49,182 bases of DNA, taken from contig JAYKGY010000066.1 of NCBI GenBank assembly GCA_035285545.1, positions 1-49,182 of the forward strand. Reading direction: 5' to 3'. The stretch is from Snowella sp. Its GTDB lineage: Bacteria; Cyanobacteriota; Cyanobacteriia; Cyanobacteriales; Microcystaceae. This document shows positions 21,647 through 31,371 of the stretch, one piece after another. The notes under the pieces are model-generated. The model was given only the letters and a program-made list of their open reading frames with translations. It was not told where the DNA came from and made no database searches. The position numbers and the translations under genes were made by a program. Position 1 is the stretch's first letter. Each line of letters opens with the position of its first letter.

Positions 21647-23008
21647 ATGTCTACCTTACTGGTTAAAAATATCCATACCCTAGCCACAATGGACACTCAC
21701 AGGCGAGAAATCCAGAATGCGGCTCTATTGGTGCGCGATAAGATGATTGAATCCGTTGGAACTACAGCAGAATTGCCTGATAATGCTGATGAAATCTTAG
21801 ATTTACAGAACAAATATGTTGTTCTGCCAGGCTTCGTTAATACCCATCACCATTTTTACCAAACCCTCACCCGTGTTATTCCTGCGGCTCAAAATTGCGA
21901 TTTATTCCAATGGTTAAAGACGCTTTATCCGATTTGGGCAAAATTAACCCCAGAAGCAATTTATATCAGTGCCCAGACTGCTGCTGCGGAGTTAATGCTC
22001 TCAGGTTGCACCACAGCTAGCGATCATTTGTATATTTATCCCAATGGTTGCCGCTTAGATGACGAAATTGCTGCGATTCAGGAAATCGGACTAAGATTTC
22101 ATGCCTGTCGGGGCAGTATGAGCGTGGGAGAAAGTCAGGGAGGATTGCCGCCTGATTCGGTTGTGGAACAAGAAGCCGATATTTTAAACGATAGTCAAAG
22201 ACTAATTGAACAATATCACGATAATCAGCGTCATTCTATGTTGCGGATTACCCTGGCTCCTTGTTCGCCCTTTTCGGTGTCACAAGATTTGATGAAGGAA
22301 TCGGCCCAATTAGCGCGGGCTTATCCAAACGTTCGTTTACATACCCATTTGGCGGAAAATCAGTCGGATATTGACTACAGCTTGGCGGTTTTCGGAATGA
22401 AGCCCGTAGAATATGCCGAATCTGTTGGCTGGCTAGGAAAAGATGTTTGGCACGCCCACTGTGTCAAGTTAGATGAACCGTCAATTCGTCGCTTTGCAGA
22501 AACGGGAACAGGAATCACCCATTGCCCCTGTAGTAATATGCGTTTAGCTAGTGGTATGGCTCCGATTCGACAAATGTTAGATTGTGGGGTTCCCGTCAGT
22601 TTAGGGGTTGATGGTGCGGCATCCAATGACGGATCAAATTTGTTGAACGAAATGCGGGCGGCTTTTTTGATGGCACGGGTTCGGGAACAAAATGCAGCGG
22701 CAATGACGGCGAGAGAAGCCTTAGAGGTGGCAACCTTGGGCGGCGCAAAAGTTTTAGGACGGGATGATATTGGTTCGCTGGCTCCTGGGATGTCGGCTGA
22801 TTTTATTGCTATTAAGCTAGAACGACCTGAATTAGCAGGGGCATTACAGGACGCGATCGCGGCGGTTGTTTTCTGTCAGGTGAATACCGTAGATTATAGT
22901 TTTATCAACGGTCGTAAGGTAATAAATAACGGACAATTAACCACCCTTGATCACCGAAATTTGGTCAAAAAACATAATCAATTAGCCCGCCAACTCATCC
23001 ATTCTTAA
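21647..23008 (+). CDS. 8-oxoguanine deaminase-like amidohydrolase
   Basis: NTHHHFYQTLTR, APCSPFSVS, HTHLAEN, WHAHCV and GVDGAASND motifs. Confidence 0.88.
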   Translation: MSTLLVKNIHTLATMDTHRREIQNAALLVRDKMIESVGTTAELPDNADEILDLQNKYVVLPGFVNTHHHFYQTLTRVIPAAQNCDLFQWLKTLYPIWAKLTPEAIYISAQTAAAELMLSGCTTASDHLYIYPNGCRLDDEIAAIQEIGLRFHACRGSMSVGESQGGLPPDSVVEQEADILNDSQRLIEQYHDNQRHSMLRITLAPCSPFSVSQDLMKESAQLARAYPNVRLHTHLAENQSDIDYSLAVFGMKPVEYAESVGWLGKDVWHAHCVKLDEPSIRRFAETGTGITHCPCSNMRLASGMAPIRQMLDCGVPVSLGVDGAASNDGSNLLNEMRAAFLMARVREQNAAAMTAREALEVATLGGAKVLGRDDIGSLAPGMSADFIAIKLERPELAGALQDAIAAVVFCQVNTVDYSFINGRKVINNGQLTTLDHRNLVKKHNQLARQLIHS

Positions 23009-23121
23009 ACCCGTATTAATTAATTAAATCGAACTAACTTTAAAAAAGTAGCCCTAAATACCAAATTATTACGATATTTTTGCCACTGTTAGCTTATAGG
23101 CCCTGTTACGGCAAAAAAGCC

Positions 23122-24672
23122 ATGCTCCAAACTAGCCCAGTCACAGAAATTAGCGATAAGCCACCGGAACTCGAAGTGGTTAACATGAGTAAGATCTTCG
23201 GTTCTTTGGTCGCGCTGGATAATGTTTCCCTGAAAATGCCACCAGGAACATTCCATGCCTTGCTAGGAGAAAACGGAGCGGGCAAAAGCACCCTTGTTAA
23301 GTGCATTATGGGTTTTTACACGCCCTCTCATGGTGATATTTTAATTAACAAGCGATCGCGAGACATTAAAAATCCCCGTGATGCCCACCATTACGGCATT
23401 GGTATGGTCTATCAACACTTTACCTCTGTTCCTGCCATGACCGTTGCCGAAAATCTGGTTCTTTCTCGCTATGACAGCAAAAATGTTATTAACTGGAAAA
23501 CCGAATTAGAGCAGTTAAACGATTTCATGGCCAATGCTCCGTTTCAAGTGCCCTTAGACCGCACCATTAGCGAACTGGCGGCGGGACAGAAACAGAAGCT
23601 AGAAATTCTCAAGCAATTGTACTTAAACAGCAAGATTTTAATCTTAGATGAACCTACCTCGGTCTTAACGCCTGGAGAAGCCGATGAAATTTTAGGGTTA
23701 CTGAGGGAACAGGTAACGGACGAGAAATTAAGCGTTTTGATGATTAGCCATAAATTCCGCGAAGTCATGGCTTTTGCTGATGAGATTACCGTATTGCGTA
23801 AAGGCAAATTTGCAGGTCATGGCCAGGTTAAAGACCTAACCGTTGAAGACATGGCCAAAATGATGTTAGGCGAAGAGAAAAAGAATTTTGATGAACAGAT
23901 TGTTAAAGTTGCCGTCACGAAAACCCCTGAACCTGTCCTAGAAACCCTGGATTTGCATGGAAATAAGGATAATGGATTAGAAGCGGTTACCGCCCTAACG
24001 TTGCAGGTCTTTGGTGGAGAAATTGTGGGAATTGCGGGGGTTTCAGGAAATGGTCAACGGGAATTAGTCGAAATTTTGGCAGGGCAACGGGCCACAACGG
24101 AAGGGCAAATCCGCATTAACGGTCAAGTTTATCGCTCAACTCGCCAAGAAATGTTTAACCATCAAGTTTTTATTCTGCCAGAAGAACCCCTACGGAATGC
24201 TTGTGTTCCGACGATGAGCGTGGCGGAAAATATGGCCCTCAGAACTTTTGACCGTGCCCCCCAAGCCAAGGGAGTTTGGCTAATTTTAAGCGCAATTCGG
24301 GAAATGGCAAGCGGATTAATTCACACCTTTTCCGTGAAAACTCCTTCCCCAGAAACACCGATTAGTAATCTTTCGGGTGGAAACGTGCAACGGGCTGTTC
24401 TTGCTAGGGAATTATCTTCTCCTGATATTAAAGTTTTGATTGCCGCGAATCCCTGTTTTGGTTTAGATTTTGCCGCAGTCGAATTTATTCATCAACAGAT
24501 TTTAGAAGCGAGAAACCGAGGGGTAGCCGTGTTACTGGTCAGTGAAGATTTGGATGAATTATTAAAATTGTCGGATCGCATTATGGTGATGAGTGAGGGG
24601 CGATTGGTGTACGAAAGTGAAACGGAATCAGCCGATATTACGATTATTGGTCAAAAAATGGCAGGACATTAA
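23122..24672 (+). CDS. ABC transporter ATP-binding protein (two NBDs)
   Basis: [15 protein letters not shown] and [11 protein letters not shown] at 23122 preferred to TTG at 23080. Confidence 0.94.
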   Translation: MLQTSPVTEISDKPPELEVVNMSKIFGSLVALDNVSLKMPPGTFHALLGENGAGKSTLVKCIMGFYTPSHGDILINKRSRDIKNPRDAHHYGIGMVYQHFTSVPAMTVAENLVLSRYDSKNVINWKTELEQLNDFMANAPFQVPLDRTISELAAGQKQKLEILKQLYLNSKILILDEPTSVLTPGEADEILGLLREQVTDEKLSVLMISHKFREVMAFADEITVLRKGKFAGHGQVKDLTVEDMAKMMLGEEKKNFDEQIVKVAVTKTPEPVLETLDLHGNKDNGLEAVTALTLQVFGGEIVGIAGVSGNGQRELVEILAGQRATTEGQIRINGQVYRSTRQEMFNHQVFILPEEPLRNACVPTMSVAENMALRTFDRAPQAKGVWLILSAIREMASGLIHTFSVKTPSPETPISNLSGGNVQRAVLARELSSPDIKVLIAANPCFGLDFAAVEFIHQQILEARNRGVAVLLVSEDLDELLKLSDRIMVMSEGRLVYESETESADITIIGQKMAGH

Positions 24673-24674
24673 CT

Positions 24675-25340
24675 ATGATCACCATTAAAGCCCAACCCTA
24701 CGATTATGAAATTCCCGATCTACAAAGCCTTGCGCTGATCATTATTGATATGCAGCGAGATTTTTTAGAAGAAGGGGGATTTGGAGCCGCTTTGGGAAAT
24801 GATGTCAGCCCATTACGCGCCATTGTTCCCACTGTCAAAACCTTGTTAGAAACCTTTCGTCATCATCAATTACCGATTTTTCAAACTGTTGAAGGGCATC
24901 AACCTGATCTCTCTGACTGTCCACCGTCTAAATTAAAACGGGGTAATAGTTCTTTAAAAATTGGCGATCGCAGCACAATGGGACGAATTTTAATTTTAGG
25001 AGAAACGGGCAATCAAATTATTCCTGAATTAGAACCGCTACCCAATGAGATTATTATTTCTAAACCAGGCAAAGGGGCCTTTTATCAAACCGAATTGCAG
25101 ACTTATTTACAAGCGAAAGGGATTACTCACCTGATTTTTGCGGGTGTGACTACTGAAGTTTGCGTTCAGACGACCATGCGAGAAGCCAACGATCGCGGCT
25201 ATGAATGCTTATTAATTGAAGATGCAACCGCCAGTTATTTTCCCGAATTTAAGCAAGCAACCTTGGAAATGGTACGCGCTCAAGGCGGAATTGTCGGTTG
25301 GACGGCCTCTGCTAATAACGTGTTAGCTGCTTTAAGGTGA
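24675..25340 (+). CDS. trtA: Triuret hydrolase-like cysteine hydrolase
   Basis: [34 protein letters not shown] and AQGGIVGW match the TrtA subfamily as recalled; co-located with biuH. Confidence 0.75.
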   Translation: MITIKAQPYDYEIPDLQSLALIIIDMQRDFLEEGGFGAALGNDVSPLRAIVPTVKTLLETFRHHQLPIFQTVEGHQPDLSDCPPSKLKRGNSSLKIGDRSTMGRILILGETGNQIIPELEPLPNEIIISKPGKGAFYQTELQTYLQAKGITHLIFAGVTTEVCVQTTMREANDRGYECLLIEDATASYFPEFKQATLEMVRAQGGIVGWTASANNVLAALR

Positions 25341-25397
25341 TTTTTACAAATCTAAATTTTAGAAAAGCAAAAAAATTTAGGAATTTTCAGAGGATCA

Positions 25398-28300
25398 GTT
25401 TCAATCCCTCATAAGGCTTTGAATTAATTGCAATATTTAATCGAGTCTGGCGTTAGTGGTGCGGCTTTGTTTCAATCCCTCATAAGGCTTTGAATTAATT
25501 GCAATGTGTTACGCTTCCGTCTAGCCTCCGTTTTTTGTGGTTTCAATCCCTCATAAGGCTTTGAATTAATTGCAATATTAGCGTTTTTCTGGTGGTACTA
25601 AAAAAACTTTTTGTTTCAATCCCTCATAAGGCTTTGAATTAATTGCAATAACCGTTCTGGTACTGACCTGTAATGCCTTAGCTGTTTCAATCCCTCATAA
25701 GGCTTTGAATTAATTGCAATCAGTAACAGGTCTATTCGTGTAATATGGAGACTTGTTTCAATCCCTCATAAGGCTTTGAATTAATTGCAATAAGAAACCG
25801 TGATTCGGTTGCTCATTCTGGACTTTGTTTCAATCCCTCATAAGGCTTTGAATTAATTGCAATTGACCATTGGATTTCTCCTAAAAGTAGCTGCTCTGTT
25901 TCAATCCCTCATAAGGCTTTGAATTAATTGCAATGGGGGTGTGGAGCTTTGCGGTTTAAGACTTTACGTTTCAATCCCTCATAAGGCTTTGAATTAATTG
26001 CAATCTTTTGTCACCAGCCGCAAAAGCATAATATTCAATGTTTCAATCCCTCATAAGGCTTTGAATTAATTGCAATAGTTATCGTTGCCAGTAATGTCTT
26101 TCTCCATGTCAAGTTTCAATCCCTCATAAGGCTTTGAATTAATTGCAATGGTGATTGAGGCAACCGAGCCAAATACCCGTACTAGTTTCAATCCCTCATA
26201 AGGCTTTGAATTAATTGCAATACATCTCAGCTAGGGGAGGCAATTAAGACGGCTTTAGTTTCAATCCCTCATAAGGCTTTGAATTAATTGCAATGTAAAT
26301 GCTGACCATTGGTGCAAACTTTACGAATTGTTTCAATCCCTCATAAGGCTTTGAATTAATTGCAATGCTGAGCAAGCCGAACGGGAAAAAGAACGTTACA
26401 AGTTTCAATCCCTCATAAGGCTTTGAATTAATTGCAATTCGGGTTAGAGTCCAAATCAACCCCAATAGATTCGTTTCAATCCCTCATAAGGCTTTGAATT
26501 AATTGCAATCGAGGTTTATCCCACCAAAAGCCTGCTACATCTGCTGTTTCAATCCCTCATAAGGCTTTGAATTAATTGCAATCGTCAAATAGGGCTTTGT
26601 AGCAGTCGCTTTCGATGTTTCAATCCCTCATAAGGCTTTGAATTAATTGCAATTCGGGGTCGTCAACCTTTATAAAGCCAGAAACGTGTTTCAATCCCTC
26701 ATAAGGCTTTGAATTAATTGCAATCATGTTTTAAAAAATATGAAAGCTCATCTAAGCTACGTTTCAATCCCTCATAAGGCTTTGAATTAATTGCAATTTT
26801 TAGCTACTTCAGAGTCGGCAGGATATTCAGTGTTTCAATCCCTCATAAGGCTTTGAATTAATTGCAATGGCTGATGCGTTAACTTTTACGGATTAGATTA
26901 TTATGTTTCAATCCCTCATAAGGCTTTGAATTAATTGCAATACGGCCCGCCGCAAGGTCATTGTCCATGTTTAGGTAGGTTTCAATCCCTCATAAGGCTT
27001 TGAATTAATTGCAATATGGGATTGCCTGTCTTCTCGTCATTGCCAGATTGAATGTTTCAATCCCTCATAAGGCTTTGAATTAATTGCAATGAACCCATAG
27101 GCGATCGCCCAGGTGATCCTTACTGGTGTTTCAATCCCTCATAAGGCTTTGAATTAATTGCAATTTGTCAAGTCAAATAGTTATAATCTGGGCTTATAAG
27201 TTTCAATCCCTCATAAGGCTTTGAATTAATTGCAATCTATAGGGTGTGATTAGGCTTTGACTAACTACTGTTTCAATCCCTCATAAGGCTTTGAATTAAT
27301 TGCAATATAGCAGTGGTGTTTGATTATGATAATAAGGGCGTTTCAATCCCTCATAAGGCTTTGAATTAATTGCAATTCAATTCCATCAGCCATTACAGCT
27401 TTAGTGCCGACTTTGTTTCAATCCCTCATAAGGCTTTGAATTAATTGCAATTGCTGGCTCAGGTACAACGGGTGTGGCTGCAATCGTTTCAATCCCTCAT
27501 AAGGCTTTGAATTAATTGCAATTTATCACGCCTACGGGTTTGAGCCTTTTGACTTGTTTCAATCCCTCATAAGGCTTTGAATTAATTGCAATTTGATTAG
27601 GCGATCGCGGAGCAAGACCTGAATTCGTCCGTTTCAATCCCTCATAAGGCTTTGAATTAATTGCAATTTGAACAACCTTGTACGGGCCACTACTGTCATG
27701 CTCTGTTTCAATCCCTCATAAGGCTTTGAATTAATTGCAATAATCATGACCACTAACACTAAAATCATTCAAATTCTGTTTCAATCCCTCATAAGGCTTT
27801 GAATTAATTGCAATAATTTCTTCAAAGGTTGGAGTGTCTACCATTCGCGTTTCAATCCCTCATAAGGCTTTGAATTAATTGCAATTAGGACAACTACTAG
27901 GATTAGGAATAGATTGAGAGTTTCAATCCCTCATAAGGCTTTGAATTAATTGCAATTAACACGGAAGGAGGTAAGGAAGCCTGCTCTAAGTTTCAATCCC
28001 TCATAAGGCTTTGAATTAATTGCAATGATTATCTAGCCACGTACCTCCATCCAACTTTTGAAGTTTCAATCCCTCATAAGGCTTTGAATTAATTGCAATG
28101 CTGAGAATCGATAGTCAAAACATCATTAGTATCAAGTTTCAATCCCTCATAAGGCTTTGAATTAATTGCAATGTGTTCCGTTTAGTTCAACCTCAGCTAG
28201 AATTTATGTTTCAATCCCTCATAAGGCTTTGAATTAATTGCAATGGGGAGGCATCGAGTCACAGATTAGGGCTATTCGACTGTTTCAATCCCTCATAAGG

Positions 28301-29036
28301 CTTTGAATTAATTGCAATGCCAAACCGATCTTAATCCCTGCTATTAATTCAGGTTTCAATCCCTCATAAGGCTTTGAATTAATTGCAATGCGCAAGTTGT
28401 TCAAGCTGTCCATCTGCACGAATTCGTTTCAATCCCTCATAAGGCTTTGAATTAATTGCAATGCGTTTCCTGTAAGGAATTATCGTGGACAAAATTCAGT
28501 TTCAATCCCTCATAAGGCTTTGAATTAATTGCAATTAGAATCTAAAAATCGAATGTTCGCTTATACCAATGTTTCAATCCCTCATAAGGCTTTGAATTAA
28601 TTGCAATTGTCGAGTTCGATTATGTCCTATCTGCCAGTGGCGGTTTCAATCCCTCATAAGGCTTTGAATTAATTGCAATATGATTTAGAGATTGACCTAT
28701 ACGGTGAGACAAAGTTTCAATCCCTCATAAGGCTTTGAATTAATTGCAATTTGAAGAACGCGATCGCGTAATCTCCCAACTTGAGTTTCAATCCCTCATA
28801 AGGCTTTGAATTAATTGCAATTTGAGTTAATCCATGCTTGTAGCCTTCCACCATAGTTTCAATCCCTCATAAGGCTTTGAATTAATTGCAATATTAACAG
28901 CGACTACAAATATAGGAGGCTGTAAAGTTTCAATCCCTCATAAGGCTTTGAATTAATTGCAATTCATACGCACTAGCCCAGATTCCATCTCTCTCTTTGG
29001 TTTCAATCCCTCATAAGGCTTTGAATTAATTGCAAT
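25398..29036 (-). CRISPR. CRISPR array: 51 repeats of 37 nt and 50 spacers of 33-38 nt
   Basis: + strand repeat GTTTCAATCCCTCATAAGGCTTTGAATTAATTGCAAT, counted by hand from 25398 to the last copy at 29000, with no variant seen. The minus orientation ATTGCAATTAATTCAAAGCCTTATGAGGGATTGAAAC ends in the usual GAAAC, and the leader lies on the right. Confidence 0.99.
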
Positions 29037-29270
29037 CGCGGTTGCCTAGACAGCTTATCCAGTAATCTTTTTGAGCCAGCATTGCGCGGCTAATAGAATA
29101 ATTACTAGAATCAATTGCTACCTTAAGATGCGTGATTGCTAAAACCATTACTGTGTAAGGTGCGCGAAACAAAACGCATAAATTTATTCTTCAAACCCCT
29201 TCTAGATAAAAGTTTGAGAGAATTTTTATAGAAGAGTATATTTCTACACCCCCACCCCCGCGCATAAAAA
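29037..29270 (-). promoter_or_regulatory. CRISPR leader
   Basis: Non-coding stretch adjoining the 5' end of the array on the minus strand. The junction CGCGGTTGCCT (+) resembles cyanobacterial type I-D leaders (recalled, not searched). The boundary is approximate. Confidence 0.65.
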
Positions 29271-29287
29271 CTTCAAATAGATACCCC

Positions 29288-29454
29288 AAAAAGAAGGGAT
29301 TAATGAGTAATCTCTCATTGTGCGAATCTGTCTATTTCTAGACGACCCACTTCTTGCTGACAATGCACTTAGACATTCAAAGGCAAGCTTATACGGTCTT
29401 TCACCGTCGTTCCCCCTTGAAACTTGGGTACGGTGGCGAATAGCCATAGGGGGT
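29288..29454 (-). ncRNA. Candidate tracrRNA (about 167 nt)
   Basis: TATAAT at 29466-29461 (-), several stems, a split anti-repeat (GUUUCAA 29423-29417; AAUCCCU 29301-29295) and a terminal U5 run at 29292-29288. Confidence 0.7.
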
Positions 29455-29460
29455 ATCTTG

Positions 29461-29466
29461 ATTATA
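29461..29466 (-). promoter_or_regulatory. Putative -10 box (TATAAT) for the candidate tracrRNA
   Basis: Perfect TATAAT 7 nt before the first stem; no correctly spaced consensus -35. Confidence 0.45.
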
Positions 29467-29536
29467 TTTAGTTGTCAATGTTCAGAAAAATCTATGATTG
29501 CTATTATACCGAAAAAAATTACATTCGCATAGTTCT

Positions 29537-31009
29537 TTATTCATCTTTACAATCTAAATCGCCAAAAGCCTCCATTTCCATATTGATAGCCGCATTAAGA
29601 TCAGCATTAATACTGAGACCACAATTTAGACATTCAAAACTTGCTTGAGTTTCCCTATTTTCCTTCTCAGTATGCCCACATCGGGAACACCTTTGGGATG
29701 TATGCTTGGCATTTACTCTCACAACCTCACGATTAGGATGATTGCTTGCCTTACTTTCAATCATTGCCCTGATTTGACCGATACCTGCGTCCTGTATTGC
29801 TTTGTTTAATTGTGCTTTTCTCTTTCTTCCATTTTGCTCATAACCCTTACCATTTTCACTTTTTTTTGCTTTTGGTGCGCGTACCATATTGACAAGCCTT
29901 GTATCCTCTATCGCGATCGCATCATATTCATGAACAAGATGAGTTGAAACTTTTTGAGCATAATATTTACGACGATCAGCAATTTTTTTATGAACCTTCG
30001 CGATAAGTTGTTGCGTTTTTCTCCAATTTGACCCCCCTTTTTCCTGACGAGCTAAACTGCGCTGTAATCTTTGTAATCGCTTATAGTCTTGTTTTAAAAA
30101 TCTTGGATTAGGTACAGAACGACCATTGCTTAACGTTAAAAGGGTGACAATTCCAGGATCTATGCCGACTCTATTCTTATTATCAGGTAAAGGCTGAATA
30201 TCAGTATAAAAAACAAGATTTAAATAATAACCGTCTGCTTTTTTCGTTAAAGTTCCCGTTCGTGGCTGAATTTCACCCTTATTGCGATTATGTAAGCCTC
30301 GAAACTTAATTAAGCCAAATTCTTTTCCTAACAAAAGACAATCATTCGCTTCTGGATAAAATTTAATGCCCTCAGTTTGTTTATAAGGCAAAGAAGTGAC
30401 AGGAAACCGACGAGACTTAAATTTAAGCTTACGGGTATTATTTTTAGGGTCTTCATAACGTTTCCAAGCTTCTAAAAGGTGCATTGTAATACAAGCTTGT
30501 CTGATCTTCATGGGAATATCAATCAAACGCTCCACTTGCCATTGAGGAAGTAAACCAGAATTTTCAAGCCATTTGTTCGTATAACAATTATTGGTCGCGA
30601 TTTTTTTAGGATCTTCAACGTGCCAATAGGTTCGATAAGGAATCGAAAAATAACCATCTCGGTTGGTAATACGACACGCAAGAGCAAAAGTTTTATCTTT
30701 TTTACGCACTTCGTTTTCTTCTTTACTTAGCCAATCGCATTCTGGCAAAGCCTTTGTCCAGTGCCACTCAACAGGATAGGGATCAAAATTATCGAGTATA
30801 TTTAGGTCTGGAGCAATTTTGTTTAATTCTTTCGCACTCTTTTTGCGCCAAATTCTCTGTTGATTTTCGTAGAGCAGAGCAAGTCCCAAATTGTAGAGAG
30901 GTCTTAGGCTATTTGTCCATTTTTCAAATAGTGCTTGCTGAGGGCTGGTTAGATAAGCCTTAAGCTGAATTGTAAAGAGTGGCCTTTTTTCTGAGGTGGG
31001 GACTTCCAT
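29537..31009 (-). CDS. c2c8: Compact type V CRISPR effector, TnpB-derived (C2c8/V-U2-like)
   Basis: RuvC-I VGID284PG, RuvC-II IAIE368D, Zn ribbon C441xxC444...C460xxC463 and RuvC-III NAD470LNAA. It is 490 aa, adjacent and co-oriented with the array, with no tnpA. The TnpB/Cas12 fold is near certain; the subtype is inferred from size, host and context. Confidence 0.7.
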   Translation of the reverse strand: MEVPTSEKRPLFTIQLKAYLTSPQQALFEKWTNSLRPLYNLGLALLYENQQRIWRKKSAKELNKIAPDLNILDNFDPYPVEWHWTKALPECDWLSKEENEVRKKDKTFALACRITNRDGYFSIPYRTYWHVEDPKKIATNNCYTNKWLENSGLLPQWQVERLIDIPMKIRQACITMHLLEAWKRYEDPKNNTRKLKFKSRRFPVTSLPYKQTEGIKFYPEANDCLLLGKEFGLIKFRGLHNRNKGEIQPRTGTLTKKADGYYLNLVFYTDIQPLPDNKNRVGIDPGIVTLLTLSNGRSVPNPRFLKQDYKRLQRLQRSLARQEKGGSNWRKTQQLIAKVHKKIADRRKYYAQKVSTHLVHEYDAIAIEDTRLVNMVRAPKAKKSENGKGYEQNGRKRKAQLNKAIQDAGIGQIRAMIESKASNHPNREVVRVNAKHTSQRCSRCGHTEKENRETQASFECLNCGLSINADLNAAINMEMEAFGDLDCKDE

Positions 31010-31116
31010 TAAATAATATTTTTAAGTGCGATAAGTTAAACAACCCAATAAATTGAACCCATTTCATTTTAGCTTGACGGCTCAATTATTGCAAAAACTT
31101 AAACGCGATCGCGCGC

Positions 31117-31227
31117 CTACTTTCTCCACGGCCACCGAGTTCCCATTTCCGTCATAGCTGAGAAAATCAGATATAGCACTAGTAAAGCTACCCCTGTCAG
31201 AAACGGTAATAAATCTTCTTTCATCAT
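31117..31227 (-). CDS. Small 36-aa single-TM protein (not in ORF track)
   Basis: MMKEDLLPFLTGVALLVLYLIFSAMTEMGTRWPWRK*, a clean ORF with one hydrophobic helix and a basic/aromatic tail. Confidence 0.6.
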   Translation of the reverse strand: MMKEDLLPFLTGVALLVLYLIFSAMTEMGTRWPWRK

Positions 31228-31371
31228 TGTTATCTCTTACTGAAAATAGCTAATTTACACTGTTGGTTACTTCCTAGACAATTACTTTATTGAATTACAA
31301 GATCGCTCATATCATTGAGCATCGGTTCTATGATAAATAGAAGATTAATGAAGCAGAGCAACTAAGGAGCA

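Noticed and set aside
26244..26465. 73-aa ORF with repeated IAINSKPYEGLK
   Set aside because: It is a translation of CRISPR repeats and spacers.
25435..28999. Self-targeting spacers within the window
   Set aside because: None noticed by eye, but this needs an alignment to exclude.
29472..29477. TTGACA on the minus strand as the -35 for the candidate tracrRNA
   Set aside because: It is only about 6 nt from the TATAAT, so the spacing is incompatible.
29244..29532. Two short ORFs (67 and 70 aa) between the array and the effector
   Set aside because: No recognisable protein features; the interval is better explained as structured RNA plus leader.
29537..31009. Cas12k/CAST or plain IS605 interpretation
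   Set aside because: RuvC D-E-D is intact and the protein is short for Cas12k. No tnsB/tnsC/tniQ or tnpA is present, and I saw no transposon ends. A solo TnpB is not fully excluded.
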